From: Selaginella moellendorffii
Taxonomy: Eukaryota > Plantae > Lycopodiophyta
DNA: 64,000 nt
Assembly: GCF_000143415.4 (NCBI RefSeq)
Contig: NW_003314405.1
Location: 144,282 to 208,281, forward strand
Reading direction: 5' to 3'
Shown here: one piece after another, positions 1 to 11,918 of the stretch
How the letters are laid out: every line of letters begins with the position of its first letter
Numbering within the stretch: the stretch's first letter is position 1
Translations under genes and position numbers: made by a program
The notes under the pieces: generated by a model
Seen by the model: the letters and a program-made list of their open reading frames with translations, nothing else
Database searches by the model: none
Told to the model about the DNA's origin: nothing

Positions 1-836
1 GGAAGTCCAAGACTAGAGTGAACACGGACCGACAAGCGGGGTAGCTTGGTGAAGTGTTCAAGAGCCGGCTCTAGTTCCCTCGGGAGATCGACTGGCCGAT
101 GCTCCCAGTCCAAGTGTGGGTGGCACTACCTACTTGGATACCTGGTGTGGCTCAATGGAACCTCGCTCTAAGCCCATGGCTAGAGCACCCAAAGACAGAA
201 GGCGAGGAGAGTACTCACGAGGCCCACGTAGGGCCACGGTGTTTCGAAATGTTGCCCCAAAGTCCCAGACTGTGGAAAGGAAGAGGAGTAGCCCTCTAGT
301 GTGGTGATAAGGGACACAGTCACACCGTGAGGAAGTCCCAGAGGACAGTTGGACTTAGTGGTCAGGCCTGTGGGCCTTGATCCAGTGGCAATGTTGGTGA
401 ACGTGGCCATGGACAGGAAGGGACTTGGTGGGGACCAGAAAGGAGATATTGGGGAAGGCTATTCCCCATGTCTGCAGGCATTTTGAGGATGCTATGGAGT
501 GGATCTGGGATAGCCACTCATGGATGGATGGCCTAGTCTTTGAGAGATGGGATTGTAATGCAGGTGGTGTTGAACCACCGGGGTGACCAAGGTGAATGGG
601 CATGGCTTTAGCGTAACAGGCCGATATGTTGGTGGTACCTCGGGGTGCCGGTCATAGGATCGGACACGTGGAGCACTTGGACCAAGTGCAAAGGTGGAGT
701 GGCATGAATGCCATTCTCGGGGCTAATAAGCCCCAAGTCCTAACTGGGACTTATGGAGGTTGTGAATGAGACTCCTCCAAGTGGTTGGAGGTGCGGTTAA
801 GTGACTAAAGTAAAATGGAAAAATTAGTTGTTTACA
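1..836 (+). repeat. 5' LTR of family A element (partial)
   Basis: Colinear with 13206-14041; ends in CA and is followed by the PBS. Confidence 0.9.
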
Positions 837-839
837 ACT

Positions 840-851
840 TGGTATCGGAGC
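840..851 (+). promoter_or_regulatory. Primer binding site (initiator tRNA-Met type)
   Basis: TGGTATCGGAGC 3 nt after the LTR end; identical to the PBS of the nested chromovirus. Confidence 0.85.
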
Positions 852-3319
852 TGTTCCTTAGTCTGACTTTTATTGGTGCTCAAGTATATCACCACTAGTG
901 TTAGCATCGGAAGGTCCGAGGAGTGGGCCTATCCTTGAGGAGTAGCAGGTCGGGAATACATGGCTCTCCATTACAGTTCATGTGTGAACTTGTAGACAAG
1001 GTGGTGGATAGAAAAGGGCCAATAATGGAACGACTTTGGGATCTTGGGAACAGTGCAAGGTTTTCCTCATTGAGTTGAGGAAGTGATCCAGATGAGCGTT
1101 TGACTCAACAAACTGGCTAACGTAGTTGTGGTAAACAACTATAGTTGGGATCACGGGAAAGATGTAGACTCCAAAACAATAAAGGAGTCACAAGATTACC
1201 CTCATATAGTTGAGGCTAGTGCTCATAACTTTGAGACCAGAATTGATGACCATGGGAGGTCAAATACAGAAGAGGACACAAGTCCTTGAAATGATAGCCG
1301 GGGCTACCTCTAATAAATGCTAGAACAACCCAAAGAGTTGGGGGTGTACTCAGAGGATGAGTTGGTATTCTCATCACATGGACAAGTGGTCCTAAGGGGA
1401 AAAGGTTGCCCCAAGAGAACAAATCAAGTGTCTGAGTAACACTTGCAAAGATGGTCCTTGTGAGTAGGACCTGAATACAAGAAGTTGTATTTTAGCGAGT
1501 TGGCACCTCGAAGACTAAGACCTCGCAGGTCGTTGGATTAACAAAGTCTAAAATGTTGGATGACTCAAGTGGAGTCAGAGAATGGTCCTAAAGGATTGGT
1601 TGAAGCATTTGGACTGAGGTGTATGGTGCCCCATAAGGTATGGGGAGGATCATAAGATCCAAGTATGAGAACAGTAGGTATCTCATAAATGGCAGAATGT
1701 ACCATGCTAAAGTTGTGGGAAAGATGTTCCCAGAAGAAAGCAACTTTGGCCCAGAGTTGGGTGCAAACACTATAGTGCGGTGCTAACAGATAGTTAGCAT
1801 GAGGAATAACTATATTAGTCTTAGCAAAGACCTAAACACTAATAAGTAGTGTCATAAGGATAGGCTCGTGGGGCCAATGGTGTGGAAACACCAAATGTGC
1901 CAAGGTGTGATACCTTGAGGTTATGTTAGTGGGTTCATAAGAACCCCTTGCCAAGGGAATCCCAACGGAAATGGGAATGATATAGCCTAAGCTGGAAGGC
2001 ATGTGGTAGAGCGTGGTGACCAAAACAATGATGGAAGTGTGGAAGCACTAGCAATGAGTTGTAGGACTTGACAACTATGAGGCAACTAAGCAAAAAGTGC
2101 AAGATAATTGGTTAAACTGGTAGAAGGTAACTACCCAAGACTTCTTAATGGCATAAGGAAGTTAGATATACTTTTATAAGGGATAAATTGCTTAGGCTGC
2201 GAAATAGTAAGTCGATGTCGTAAAAAGGAATGCTCATTGTCAAAGAAGCCATCATTTGGGACACCTAGACACTCTAGAACACCAGAAGGTGGTGTTTGAG
2301 GTCGCGAGGGCAATAGATAAGGCCCAAGGGACTAAGTCCCTAGCGAATGATGGATAGAAGGTGCTATCCAAATGTCCAAGGTTGCGGAGACAGGAGAAGA
2401 TTGTCTACCTGAATTGGACAAAGCCAAAAATGGAATTTTGGCAAGGTTAGTGATGGGCATGTAAGGGCCCATAAGCAACAACGTTAATCCAGATGTGTGG
2501 AATTATAAGGTGAGCATACCTGGATTGAGGAACCACTCCCTAGGCTATCTGGTCGGTTCATCCCTAAGAATACTTGCTAAGGCATGATAGAAAGTGCAAA
2601 GCTATCCTCCTAGTCTGGAGGAGAATGACCGAAGGAAAGGTGTGAAGCCAAAAGCAAGTAGTAAGGGGATAGAATCGAACCATAGGAATTGACAGGCATG
2701 ACCAAGGTTAGTTGTGCCAGCTGGGAGTGGAGAATCAAGTGGGGGCTCGAGGGTGTTGTTGCTAGTAACCATGATGCCATGGAGAGTCTAAAATATGGAA
2801 TTGTCCATATTAGACTATATGGCAACTATAAAGCTTGCGAAAAGAGAGGCCTTAGCAAGTTAAGGGATAGAGTTCCTTCAAGGTTCCCAAAGACGATTCT
2901 AGGTAGCTTAGTACCTAGAAAGGCCAAGTGTAAATGGTTCATGGAACGCACGAAACCAGAGTGGCGCAGCAGAAGCGTGGTTTTGAAGCTTGCCATGAGG
3001 CAAGGCTATCAAGGTTAGGGAAGTAATTCCCAAGTGTTCAAAGAAAGGGCTTTGAACGAAAGTCGATGGTCAAGGACTTTCACGCTTATGCAGGAACCAT
3101 GTTACGGTGGTCGGAGGACTTGCCAAGTGAGATTGGCAAGTCGGGGGAACAAATACCCTAGTTGAAGGTGATAACTTAAAAAAGGGTGGGCCATGGGGCC
3201 AAGCATGGAGGAGTCCATGCATGATCACAGATGTGTCAAGTGAAAGGACTTGGCAGTGTGGAGGAACTAGGTTCCTAAGCTGTGATCTATAGTGCACTTT
3301 AAATAAAAGTTGGTGCACC

Positions 3320-3540
3320 GGCGTGGGGAGTCACGCCAGGCATCCTGGGTGATGCCGTCCGTAGATGCATATACGGAGGTTGAGTTCGAGTCCCGACCCT
3401 CTAGTGCTTGGGTTCGAGTCCCAACTCACTAGGGCGTGGTGATGGTTTGGAATATGAAGACACTCATATTTCGGTGGTCATGGACTCTCAATGGGGAGAC
3501 TAGTTTGGGCACACCGCCAAGCGAGGGATGCCTCAGAGTC
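3320..3540 (+). ncRNA. Putative structured cis-acting RNA element (multi-hairpin, two T-loop mimics) in the family A internal region
   Basis: Homologous to the reverse complement of 5600-5850, with compensatory stem changes. Loops include GGAG, TTCGAGT (twice) and GACA. Confidence 0.6.
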
Positions 3541-4389
3541 GTGATGCACAGTTAGATTGCTTAGTGTGAAAGTTCGGCATATCTAACTTGAATGCTTTGG
3601 TGCAAGTGGCACCAAGGACGTGGTGTGCCTTCGGGTATCGAAAGTTACCTGTCGACAGTGAGTGAGATGAGGACACCTAATCTCAATTGCTATGAACCCT
3701 TGGCCATAAGGGCTGGCTTGGGTGCACCACCAAGTGTGGGGGATGCCCCCGAGGTTATGGTCAACAACTTGAAGGTCTAGAAGACCAAATACCTCTTGGC
3801 AACTCTGTTAAGGTGCCAATGTGAGATCACTAGGTGATCTTATGGCCAAATAAGGACAAGGTCCTTGGTTGGCTAAGGAATGAAGTTCCTGGTTCAAAAT
3901 GTTGAATTGAACTATTTAAGATGGTGTGGCTTGGTCAAGATGACCAAGTGGGAAGAGCACGTAAGGGAAATAAGCTGTGTCCGTGCGATGGCATAGTGAG
4001 TCCGAGGAAAGTAGTCTTTATAAGAGACCCATGGGAGGGTCACGAAGTTGGGCCGTGGATAGAGCCCATAGCAGAAGATGCTAAAGAGACGTACTAGGGG
4101 TGAACATCCTCCGGACTTGGCAAAGAAGAGTCTTTGCTATGGAACCGAAAGGATACCTCAAAAATGGAGGTAGTGATCCTATGCTGCTGGGTGCAACAAT
4201 CAAGGATAGGAGCAAAAGACTAGTGGCTAAGTAAAGAGCCATGGGAATCATGGGAAAGAATCCAAATGGCAAAGTTAGGCCAAGAACACTAAAGTGTGGG
4301 GTGCTAACGGATTGTGGGAAAAGCAATGTGTTCCCAAGGATGGATTCCCAATTGCTTCGATTTGGCAAAAGCGGAAGCTCCAAGGGTGG

Positions 4390-5536
4390 TGTAAGCCACA
4401 AATTTTTCTTTTCTAATTTGCCAGCTTACCTCGTCTATCCGTCCAACACTGCCTTGGCTTTTGCTAAGTTCCCTCGCCAAGGTTCTCGCCTATGGTACCA
4501 GCTCCTACTTGGTTTCAGCTACTCACTGCACGAGCAATGGAGTGTTAGCCATCCTTCCACGGATTCCCAAATCACTCCCAATCCCCCTCCCCGGGTTAGA
4601 CTGGACTAAGGTTCGGCTACACTCCCCACAAGCACAAGCAGCCAAGCACACCAAGCTTCCAGGTTCCTAACATCCCTTGGTACCACAAGACTTGATCATG
4701 GGACCCTCTAAATCCCAAGTCTTGAGTGCAACACTTGCTTCGGGACGTCGGGGCGAAACACCGTGGCCTAGCGGCCCGGTATGGGTACCTCTCGCCCCCC
4801 ACTTCCATCCCGAAGGAAGGCCCAAGCCCCTAGGAAGGGCGAGGACCAATGAGCCGCATGGTACTCAAGTGGGGCACCACTCCACATGAGCCGGGAGCAC
4901 CGCAATCGGTTTCCCTTTCGGGAGTGGGAGCTGCTCTTGAGCACTTCCTCGGATGGCCCCTCCGGCACCAGCCAAGTCCATGCTCACTCCCACCCAAGGC
5001 CCCTCGGTCCCAGTCCCAACCTCAAGTCAGTTTGGAAGCCCAACTGGAGAGTCCCTTCAAAACTGGTTCCTGGACCTCACTATCCCTACTATACTTTTGG
5101 AACCCCCTGCAGCCCCCCCCCCCTGGGGGACGCACGCTTTGGGCTTTCACCCCTTGACCCGTATTAGTATTTGGACTTAGTCTCTGGCTCGATCTCGGAT
5201 CCGATTTCGGATCCGACTTCGGATTCGGTCTCGGACTCGATCGCGGACTCGATCTCGGACCCGATCTCGGGCCCGACCTCGGACTCGATTTCGGACTCGG
5301 TCTCGGACCCGATTTCGGATCTCGGACTCCGTCTCGAACTCGGTCTCGAACTCGGACTCGAACTCGGTCCCCGAGTCGGTCTCGGACTCGATTCCGGACT
5401 CTATCTCGAACTCGGTCCTAGAGTCGGTCTTGGACTCGATCTTTGACTTGGTCCCATCCGATGAACTCTTTGTCATTTTGGTCATGCTTTCGGGGTTCCT
5501 TTAGCCTACGACACCTCGGCGAGCTGGTTCCTTACA
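4390..5536 (-). repeat. 3' LTR of chromovirus
   Basis: Near-identical to 10772-11918; contains a GAGTCC/GAGACC-type hexamer array at ~5185-5445. Confidence 0.95.
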
Positions 5537-5548
5537 ACTCCACCACCC
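5537..5548 (-). promoter_or_regulatory. Polypurine tract of chromovirus
   Basis: GGGTGGTGGAGT directly adjacent to the 3' LTR. Confidence 0.85.
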
Positions 5549-5599
5549 ATAGAAGAAGTTCGATGCCCACATCGAACGTCTCGTTTTATCCTACGACTT

Positions 5600-5850
5600 G
5601 TTGACCATGTCTCCGGGGGCATCCCCCCACTTAGCGGTGTGCCTAAGTTAGCCTCCCCGGCCAAGAGCTCATGACAACGGAATATAGGTGTCCCTATACT
5701 CCCCACCTCACCACGCCCTAGTATAGGGTCGGGACTTGAACCCAGCCTTGCTTTACTAGGGGGTTGGGGCTCGAACCCAACCTCCGTAGAATACGTTTAT
5801 GGATTCGACATCCCCGCAGGGAGTCGGGCGTAGCTCCCTACGCCTGGTCG
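5600..5850 (-). ncRNA. Putative structured RNA element in the chromovirus 3' UTR
   Basis: Hairpins GGCGTAG-GGAG-CTACGCC, GGTTGGG-TTCGAGC-CCCAACC, CCCTAGTA...TACTAGGG enclosing GGG-TTCAAGT-CCC, and GGAGTATAGG-GACA-CCTATATTCC. Conserved in family A. Confidence 0.6.
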
Positions 5851-5938
5851 ACCTAGCTAACCCATGCTAATTAGCTTACCTTCGGCGCGCCTTCGGGTCC
5901 CAACATATGCCATTGCTCAACTTCTCAAATTGATACTT

Positions 5939-8675
5939 TTAATTGAACTTTGCATAAGTACATAGAGTTCTGCCATGCAGAAATTCCTCCACTAGATCTC
6001 GCGCGTTCGCTAGGTTCTCCTCCGGTTCCCATGTTGCTTCGCAGTGTGGAAATCCTTTCCACTTCACATGGAACTCTCTCACCTCGCGTCCTTGTCGCTT
6101 GCTCTTGCGCGCATTGAGGATGGCCTCGACTTCGTATTCCTCTTCCCCTTGGATAACCTCGGGTAGAGGTCTTACTTGGTCCTTGCGAAGCGGATCCTCA
6201 AAGTACGGCTTGAGTAAGTTCACATGGAACACTGGGTGCATCTTCCCCATCTCTCGAGGAAGTCGGAGTCGGTAAGCCACTTTACCGATTCGTGCCTCAA
6301 TCTCGTAAGGCCCCGCGAACCTGCTTAAGGAACTCAAGATCGATTCATTTACAGGAATACATGCATCTTTACCTTTGGGTCAACTTTCGGCTGATCCCAC
6401 TTGGTAGCCTGAGGTTCTTGGTGTTCAGCCACACCTTCTCCCCAGCTTGGAACTCCACATCTCGACGCTTTTGGTTCGCGTACTTAGTTTGCCTTTGTTG
6501 AGCCCGTTCCAAGGAATCCCTCACTAGATTCCAAATGTTGAGTCTTTCCGCCGTGAATGCCTCCACTGCGGGTAACTCTCCATGATACTCGGCCACACCG
6601 AGTTCCACAGGACCTTCAATAGCTCGCCCATTGATGACTTCCCATGGACTCACCCCGATGCTCGAATGTGGTGAGTTGTTATAACACATTTCCGCAAGTC
6701 CCAAATGACTTACCCAGTCGGTCTGGTCTCCCGAGACATAGCATCGCAAATAATCCTCCAGCTGCCTATTCACCCTTTCCGTTTGTCCGTCTGTCAAGAA
6801 GTGTTAGTGCCATCAATCTTGACTTAATACCCATTACCTGTCTGTGGGTGATAGGCTGTGCTGAATTTCAACTTGGTGCGATACTGTTCTAGGAGTGTCC
6901 TCCAGAACCTACTAGTGAAGATCTTATCTCGATCTGAGATAATCTCTTCCGGCCTTCCCCGCACTCGAACCATTTGTTCGAAGAACAGCTTCGCCACACC
7001 TTCCGCATCCACGTCCGTTGTGGTGGGTATGAAATGTGCCATCTTTGAAAATCGGTCCACCACCACGAATATCGCATCGAACCCCTCGCTTGGGGGTAGT
7101 CCCGTGATGAAGTCCATCGTGAGACATTTCCACGGACGATCTGGAATGGGGATGCTTTGCAACAAGCCCCCACTAGCCTTCGTCACGGCTTTGATTTGCT
7201 GACATATTGGGCATGTCTTTACATAGTCTTGGACGTCCTTAGCCATATCTGGCCAATGGTACTTCCTTTTGAGTAAGCCCATCGTCTTGGGCACTCCGCC
7301 GTGTCCCGCGAGAGGTCCGTCATGACACTCTTCCAAGGCTACCTTCCTTAGTTCCCCTTCTGGGACATACACCCTCGTTTGCTTGTAATAAATGAGTCCG
7401 TTGCGTTCCGCATAGCCCGTTTTCTCTTCCGTTGGCAGCTCACCTCTCTGGTGAGCTTCCCGCGCCTCCAGATTCCTCAACAACACTTCTTGTGCTAGAC
7501 CATCGTTCTCATATGCTGTCCGCACATCGTCCCAGAAGGTTGCTGTTGCGCTGGAGATCGCCAACCTCAAGCTCGCTTTTCGACTTAGCGCATCTGCCAC
7601 GATGTTGCTCTTCCCAGGCTTGTACAGAATCTCGCAATCAAACTCGGCCAAGGCATTGGCCCACCGACCTTGTTTCCCTCTCAGGTCGGGTTGTGACAAG
7701 AAGTGTTTCGTTGCCACATTGTCCGTGTAAACCTTGAAGTGTCTCCCAAGGTAGTGTCGCCACTCCTTGAGCGCCTTGACCACCGCAAACAATTCCTTCT
7801 CGTGGGCAGGCCACTTCCGTTGAGCCTTGTCCAGCTTCTTCGAGAAGAACGCTACTGGATGGTTGTCTTGCTTCAAAACTGCGCCCAACGCAAAGTCCGA
7901 AGCATCGGTGTCTACCTCAAAGTCCTTACCAAAGTCTGGTAATGCCAACACCGGAGCCTTCCTCAACTTCCCTTTGAGGTGGACGAATGCCGCCTCGCAT
8001 TCCGCTGTCCATACCATCTTCCCTTTTCCTGTTTGATCCGTTAAGGGCAGGGCTACTCTCGAATAGTGTCTGATAAACTTTCGATAGTAGTTGCATAGCC
8101 CCAGGAATGCCCTCAACTCATGTACATTCGATGGTCGCTCCCATTCCTGGATCGCTTGGACCTTCTCCGGGTCCACTTTGAGCCCGTCCTGGCCCACCAC
8201 ATGCCCGAGAAACTTTACCTCTCGTTGAGCAAAGTCACATTTGCTCTCTTTAGCATACAGCTTGTGTTCCCTTAGTTTCTCAAACACCTTCGCCAAGTGT
8301 TCGGCATGCTCCTCTAGCGTCTCGCTATAGATCAGGATGTCGTCAATATAGACGACCACGAAGTGATCCAGATAGGGTACAAAGATGTGGTTCATCAACG
8401 CCGAAAACGTTGCCGGCGCATTGCACAGCCCAAAGGGCATCACCAAAAACTCAAAGCTCCCATACCTCGTTCGACAGGTTGTCTTCTCGACATCTTCCTC
8501 AGCTACCCTGATCTGGTAGTATCCTGACCTTAGGTCAATCCTCGAGAAGTATTTTGCCTTTCCCAACCTATCGAACAGGTCCTCAATCCTTGGCAAAGGG
8601 TACTTGTTCTTTTTGGTATACTTGTTGAGCAACCGGTAGTCTATGCACATGCGCATAGATCCATCTTTCTTTTTT
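5939..8675 (-). CDS. pol: Pol: RT, RNase H, integrase, GPY and chromodomain; three exons (approx. 8675-6838, 6790-6373, 6320-5939)
   Basis: Motifs [34 protein letters not shown] zinc finger and [13 protein letters not shown]. Splicing restores [12 protein letters not shown] and KLTQRFAGPY. Chromodomain EYEVEAIL...FHVKWKGF...TWEPEENL. Confidence 0.92.
6321..6372 (-). other. Predicted spliceosomal intron 2 in integrase (52 nt)
   Basis: CCAAAG|GTAAAG...TTAAGCAG|GTTCGC; AT-rich; removal gives T-Q-R-F-A-G-P-Y in frame. Confidence 0.85.
6791..6837 (-). other. Predicted spliceosomal intron 1 in integrase (47 nt)
   Basis: GACAG|GTAATG...CACTAAC...TTGACAG|ACGGA with a CTAAC branch point; removal gives H-P-Q-T-D-G-Q-T-E. 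Confidence 0.88.
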
Positions 8676-10712
8676 CACGAATAGCACCGGCGCCCCATAC
8701 GGCGACTTGCTCAACCTAACATACCCTTTGTCCACCAACTCCTCTAGTTGGCTCTTGAGCTCCTTGAGTTCTTTTTCGTTCAATCGATAGGGTGGACGAA
8801 CCACCGCCTCAGCACCCTCGACCAGCTCAATCTTATGTTCAATCGGTCGTGCGGGGGGCAACCCCGCCGGTAGCTCCTCCGGCATGGTATCTTGGAATTG
8901 GTCCAGCACCTGCTGGATCACTAAAGGTACTTCTTCCGTTCTTGTCTTTTTGTCACTCTTCACCGAGAGTAAGCACAAAAAGGCTGCTTTAGTTCCTTTA
9001 GTGAGTTGTCCTCTCGTGGACACCAGGTTTAAGCATGACTCTTTGGCCTTGCTTTGCCCTACCTTTAGATCCTGGGCCTCCACCCTAGATCTTCTTCCTT
9101 GGGCATTCGCCAATACCACAAGGTTCCTACCTTGTCCATGCAGGGCTACCACGAACCGATTAAACCAATCCATTCCGAAGATCACTTCAAATCCCGCCAT
9201 GTCCAAGACGGTGAAATCCATGTCCACTTTCCATGTCCCCACTTTGACTCTCGCTTGTCGAAGTACCTCATCGGTGCTTTGGCTACCCTGAACAAACTCT
9301 ATAGTCCTTGGTTCGCCTAGCCGCTGCACCATTAGTCCGGCTTGCCGGACTATGTCTGCAGCCACAAAATTATCCGAAGCACCCGTGTCAATAAGGATCT
9401 TAACAAAGCTACCTCCGAGCTTCCCTCGGAGGGCTAGTAGATGTCGCGAACGACTCTCTACCAAAGTTGCTCGTGTAATGAGTAACTTTGAGTTAGGGAC
9501 TGGATCACATACCTCAGTTTGGACTTCACCCGACTTGATGGCCATATTGGCTCTGGCCTTCTTCGGGTAGGGACATTCCCTTGAGAAGTGTCCCGCTTCG
9601 CCGCAGTTGTAGCATACGTTGTTTCCCACGCTGCTATACGACTTGACCTTCTTATCCGTGGGTTTGTCTTTTTTCGCTTGACTCCCCCACGTACTCGCTC
9701 GCTGGCCACCGGATTTGCCTTTCCGGAACCCCGAGGACTCATTCTTAGAGAAACTCTTTTTGAATTTCCCCTTGCTATACGTTCCCCTTGGTTTGGCCCC
9801 TTTGCTAAATGTGGATCCCGACCCCGTCGTGTTCCCCTTTCGCAGGTTATCGTTGAAATGCACCTTGATGGCCGCATCCAACGCTTCCTTGTAGTTGGTC
9901 GGGTTCCACCGCATCACCTCATCGCGAGCCCAGGTTTGCAAACCTGATATGAAGGCATGGAACGCATCCATATCCCCCATGTCCGTGACCAGTATCCTCT
10001 TTGCCATGAACCCATTCACATATTCCTGGATGGTTCCAGTCTGCTTTAGCCTACTCAGCTCATCTCTCAGATGCAGAGTGGCATTCGGAGGAACGTATGT
10101 TGCGCAGATCCTCGCCTTCATCATGTCCCAAGTGGCCACTGGTCCTTCGTTGGCCTCCGTCGTTCTCCACCAAGACTTGGCATTATCTGCCAAGTATGGT
10201 TTTGCACATGGGACCTTCTCCGAGCTCGGTAATCGCAACGCTCGGAAGTAGTCCTCCATATCGTAAAACCAATCCTCCACCACTTTATAGTCGTTCACTC
10301 CCTTGAAGACCGGTGGGGGCTTTGGTTTGTACTTGGGAACTGCCTGAGGGACTGATTCTACTTCGGTCTGTTCGACCTTGTCTGGTTTTGCCTCAGTCCC
10401 GGCCGAAAGATCCGCACCTTCTGCGCTGCCAGCATCCGCAGTCTTTTTCTTTTTCTTCCGCCTCTCGTCACGCTTTAGCTTGCGTACGAGAGTTTCCAGC
10501 AGGGCATTGGTCTGTGCCAACTGTCCTTCTAGCACGTCCAATCGAGCCTTGGACGACCGAACCTCGCCACCGGACTCCTGTTTGGAAGTTTCCTCACTAG
10601 AGTCCTCCTCATGCAAGGATTCCTCATCCATAGCCTCTTGTTCGACCGGAGGCTCCAGCTCCGGTGGAGGTTCCGTCTCCGCCTGGGTTCGCTTATGCCC
10701 TGCCCTTGCCAT
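8583..10712 (-). CDS. gag: Gag (retrotrans_gag, CCHC zinc knuckle) plus aspartic protease and start of RT; out of frame with pol by one extra A at ~8670-8675
   Basis: [14 protein letters not shown] knuckle, LIDTGAS protease motif and [12 protein letters not shown]. Deleting one A restores [15 protein letters not shown]. Confidence 0.93.
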   Translation of the reverse strand: MARAGHKRTQAETEPPPELEPPVEQEAMDEESLHEEDSSEETSKQESGGEVRSSKARLDVLEGQLAQTNALLETLVRKLKRDERRKKKKKTADAGSAEGADLSAGTEAKPDKVEQTEVESVPQAVPKYKPKPPPVFKGVNDYKVVEDWFYDMEDYFRALRLPSSEKVPCAKPYLADNAKSWWRTTEANEGPVATWDMMKARICATYVPPNATLHLRDELSRLKQTGTIQEYVNGFMAKRILVTDMGDMDAFHAFISGLQTWARDEVMRWNPTNYKEALDAAIKVHFNDNLRKGNTTGSGSTFSKGAKPRGTYSKGKFKKSFSKNESSGFRKGKSGGQRASTWGSQAKKDKPTDKKVKSYSSVGNNVCYNCGEAGHFSRECPYPKKARANMAIKSGEVQTEVCDPVPNSKLLITRATLVESRSRHLLALRGKLGGSFVKILIDTGASDNFVAADIVRQAGLMVQRLGEPRTIEFVQGSQSTDEVLRQARVKVGTWKVDMDFTVLDMAGFEVIFGMDWFNRFVVALHGQGRNLVVLANAQGRRSRVEAQDLKVGQSKAKESCLNLVSTRGQLTKGTKAAFLCLLSVKSDKKTRTEEVPLVIQQVLDQFQDTMPEELPAGLPPARPIEHKIELVEGAEAVVRPPYRLNEKELKELKSQLEELVDKGYVRLSKSPYGAPVLFVKKERWIYAHVHRLPVAQQVYQKEQVPFAKD

Positions 10713-10756
10713 CTCCCAGCAATCCGCCTCTATCCTTCGCTAGAACTGAGATAAAG

Positions 10757-10768
10757 GCTCCGATACCA
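10757..10768 (-). promoter_or_regulatory. Primer binding site of chromovirus (tRNA-iMet type)
   Basis: TGGTATCGGAGC 3 nt inside the 5' LTR boundary. Confidence 0.88.
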
Positions 10769-10771
10769 AAT

Positions 10772-11918
10772 TGTAAGCCACAAATTTTTCTTTTCCAATT
10801 TGCCAGCTTACCTCGTCTATCCGTCCAACACTGCCTTGGCTTTTGCTAAGTTCCCTCGCCAAGGTTCTCGCCTATGGTACCAGCTCCTACTTGGTTTCAG
10901 CTACTCACTGCACGAGCAATGGAGTGTTAGCCATCCTTCCACGGATTCCCAAATCACTCCCAATCCCCCTCCCCGGGTTAGACTGGACTAAGGTTCGGCT
11001 ACACTCCCCACAAGCATAAGCAGCCAAGCACACCAAGCTTCCAGGTTCCTAACATCCCTTGGTACCACAAGACTTGATCATGGGACCCTCTAAATCCCAA
11101 GTCTTGAGTGCAACACTTGCTTCGGGACGTCGGGGCGAAACACCGTGGCCTAGCGGCCCGGTATGGGTACCTCTCGCCCCCCACTTCCATCCCGAAGGAA
11201 GGCCCAAGCCCCTAGGAAGGGCGAGGACCAATGAGCCGCATGGTACTCAAGTGGGGCACCACTCCACATGAGCCGGGAGCACCGCAATCGGTTTCCCTTT
11301 CGGGAGTGGGAGCTGCTCTTGAGCACTTCCTCGGATGGCCCCTCCGGCACCAGCCAAGTCCATGCTCACTCCCACCCAAGGCCCCTCGGTCCCAGTCCCA
11401 ACCTCAAGTCAGTTTGGAAGCCCAACTGGAGAGTCCCTTCAAAACTGGTTCCTGGACCTCACTATCCCTACTATACTTTTGGAACCCCCTGCAGCCCCCC
11501 CCCCCTGGGGGACGCACGCTTTGGGCTTTCACCCCTTGACCCGTATTAGTATTTGGACTTAGTCTCTGGCTCGATCTCGGATCCGATTTCGGATCCGACT
11601 TCGGATTCGGTCTCGGACTCGATCGCGGACTCGATCTCGGACCCGATCTCGGGCCCGACCTCGGACTCGATTTCGGACTCGGTCTCGGACCCGATTTCGG
11701 ATCTCGGACTCCGTCTCGAACTCGGTCTCGAACTCGGACTCGAACTCGGTCCCCGAGTCGGTCTCGGACTCGATTCCGGACTCTATCTCGAACTCGGTCC
11801 TAGAGTCGGTCTTGGACTCGATCTTTGACTTGGTCCCATCCGATGAACTCTTTGTCATTTTGGTCATGCTTTCGGGGTTCCTTTAGCCTACGACACCTCG
11901 GCGAGCTGGTTCCTTACA
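10772..11918 (-). repeat. 5' LTR of chromovirus
   Basis: Near-identical to 4390-5536. Confidence 0.95.

Larger units (their letters stand above)
4390..11918 (-). mobile_element. Full-length Ty3/gypsy chromovirus LTR retrotransposon, very recent insertion
   Basis: LTRs 4390-5536 and 10772-11918 (1147 bp each, TG...CA, 2 differences seen). TSD GGTGG at 4385-4389 and 11919-11923. PBS at 10757-10768, PPT at 5537-5548. Domain order gag-PR-RT-RH-IN-chromodomain. Confidence 0.97.

Noticed and set aside
3378-3424. GTTCGAGTCCC motifs as true tRNA genes
   Set aside because: No D-arm, anticodon arm or acceptor stem; treated as T-loop mimics instead.
5171-5485. Low-complexity ORFs (SDSISD / RDRVRD / ESETE / LGLGLG) here and at 11553-11867, 12312-13226, 17209-17834 and 31405-31869
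   Set aside because: They are translations of the hexamer minisatellite in LTRs and are open in several frames on both strands; not genes.
5845-5990. Possible third intron after the chromodomain (GAAG|GTAAGC at ~5879)
   Set aside because: It lies downstream of the stop, the nearest acceptors give only 27-36 nt, and there is no coding restoration to test it against.
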